DNA of 24,762 bases, taken from a virus. Where the stretch lies: the IMG/VR virus record IMGVR_UViG_3300028920_000048. One strand, 5' to 3'. Shown one piece after another: positions 24,703 to 24,762 of the stretch (within the stretch, counting starts at the first letter, position 1; each line of letters opens with the position of its first letter). A program made the translations under genes and the position numbers. The notes under the pieces were generated by a model. That model saw only the letters and a list, made by a program, of their open reading frames with translations. It was not told the origin of the DNA and searched no databases.

Positions 24703-24762
24703 CGCAACCGCTCCTCTATCTTACGTCACTTGACCAACCGACAAACCACTCAAAAGCGGCTT

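Overview
Almost all coding lies on the minus strand, and the window reads as part of a large (probably jumbo) tailed-phage genome in genetic code 11. From 4.35 to 24.7 kb is a tightly packed replication, recombination and nucleotide-metabolism module. It encodes a BppU-like structural protein, an intein-containing SNF2 helicase, DnaB, a degenerate YhaM-like protein, primase, a sigma-like factor, a Hel308/Ski2-like helicase split in two around thymidylate synthase and family-4 UDG, UvsY-like and gp32-like proteins, an intein-containing RecA, a 5'-3' exonuclease, a methyltransferase, two P-loop kinases and a macro-like protein. From 2.9 to 4.3 kb is a patch of nested IS607/IS605 (tnpA/tnpB) remnants. 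The standout is 0.15-2.8 kb. A consensus sigma70 promoter and an rRNA-style hairpin+boxA leader precede an array of five ncRNAs, followed by a ~540-aa helical+vWA protein of Ro60/TROVE size and layout. The five RNAs share an identically spaced terminal-stem scaffold, but each carries a different internal module: a YrlA-like T/acceptor/D module, a complete circularly permuted tRNA with CCA and anticodon UGA, an isolated GCU anticodon arm, an unassigned hairpin, and an initiator-tRNA-like 3' half. This looks like a phage Ro60-like RNP system with a modular set of tRNA-mimic Y-like RNAs. All family calls come from motif recognition by eye; no searches or folding programs were run.
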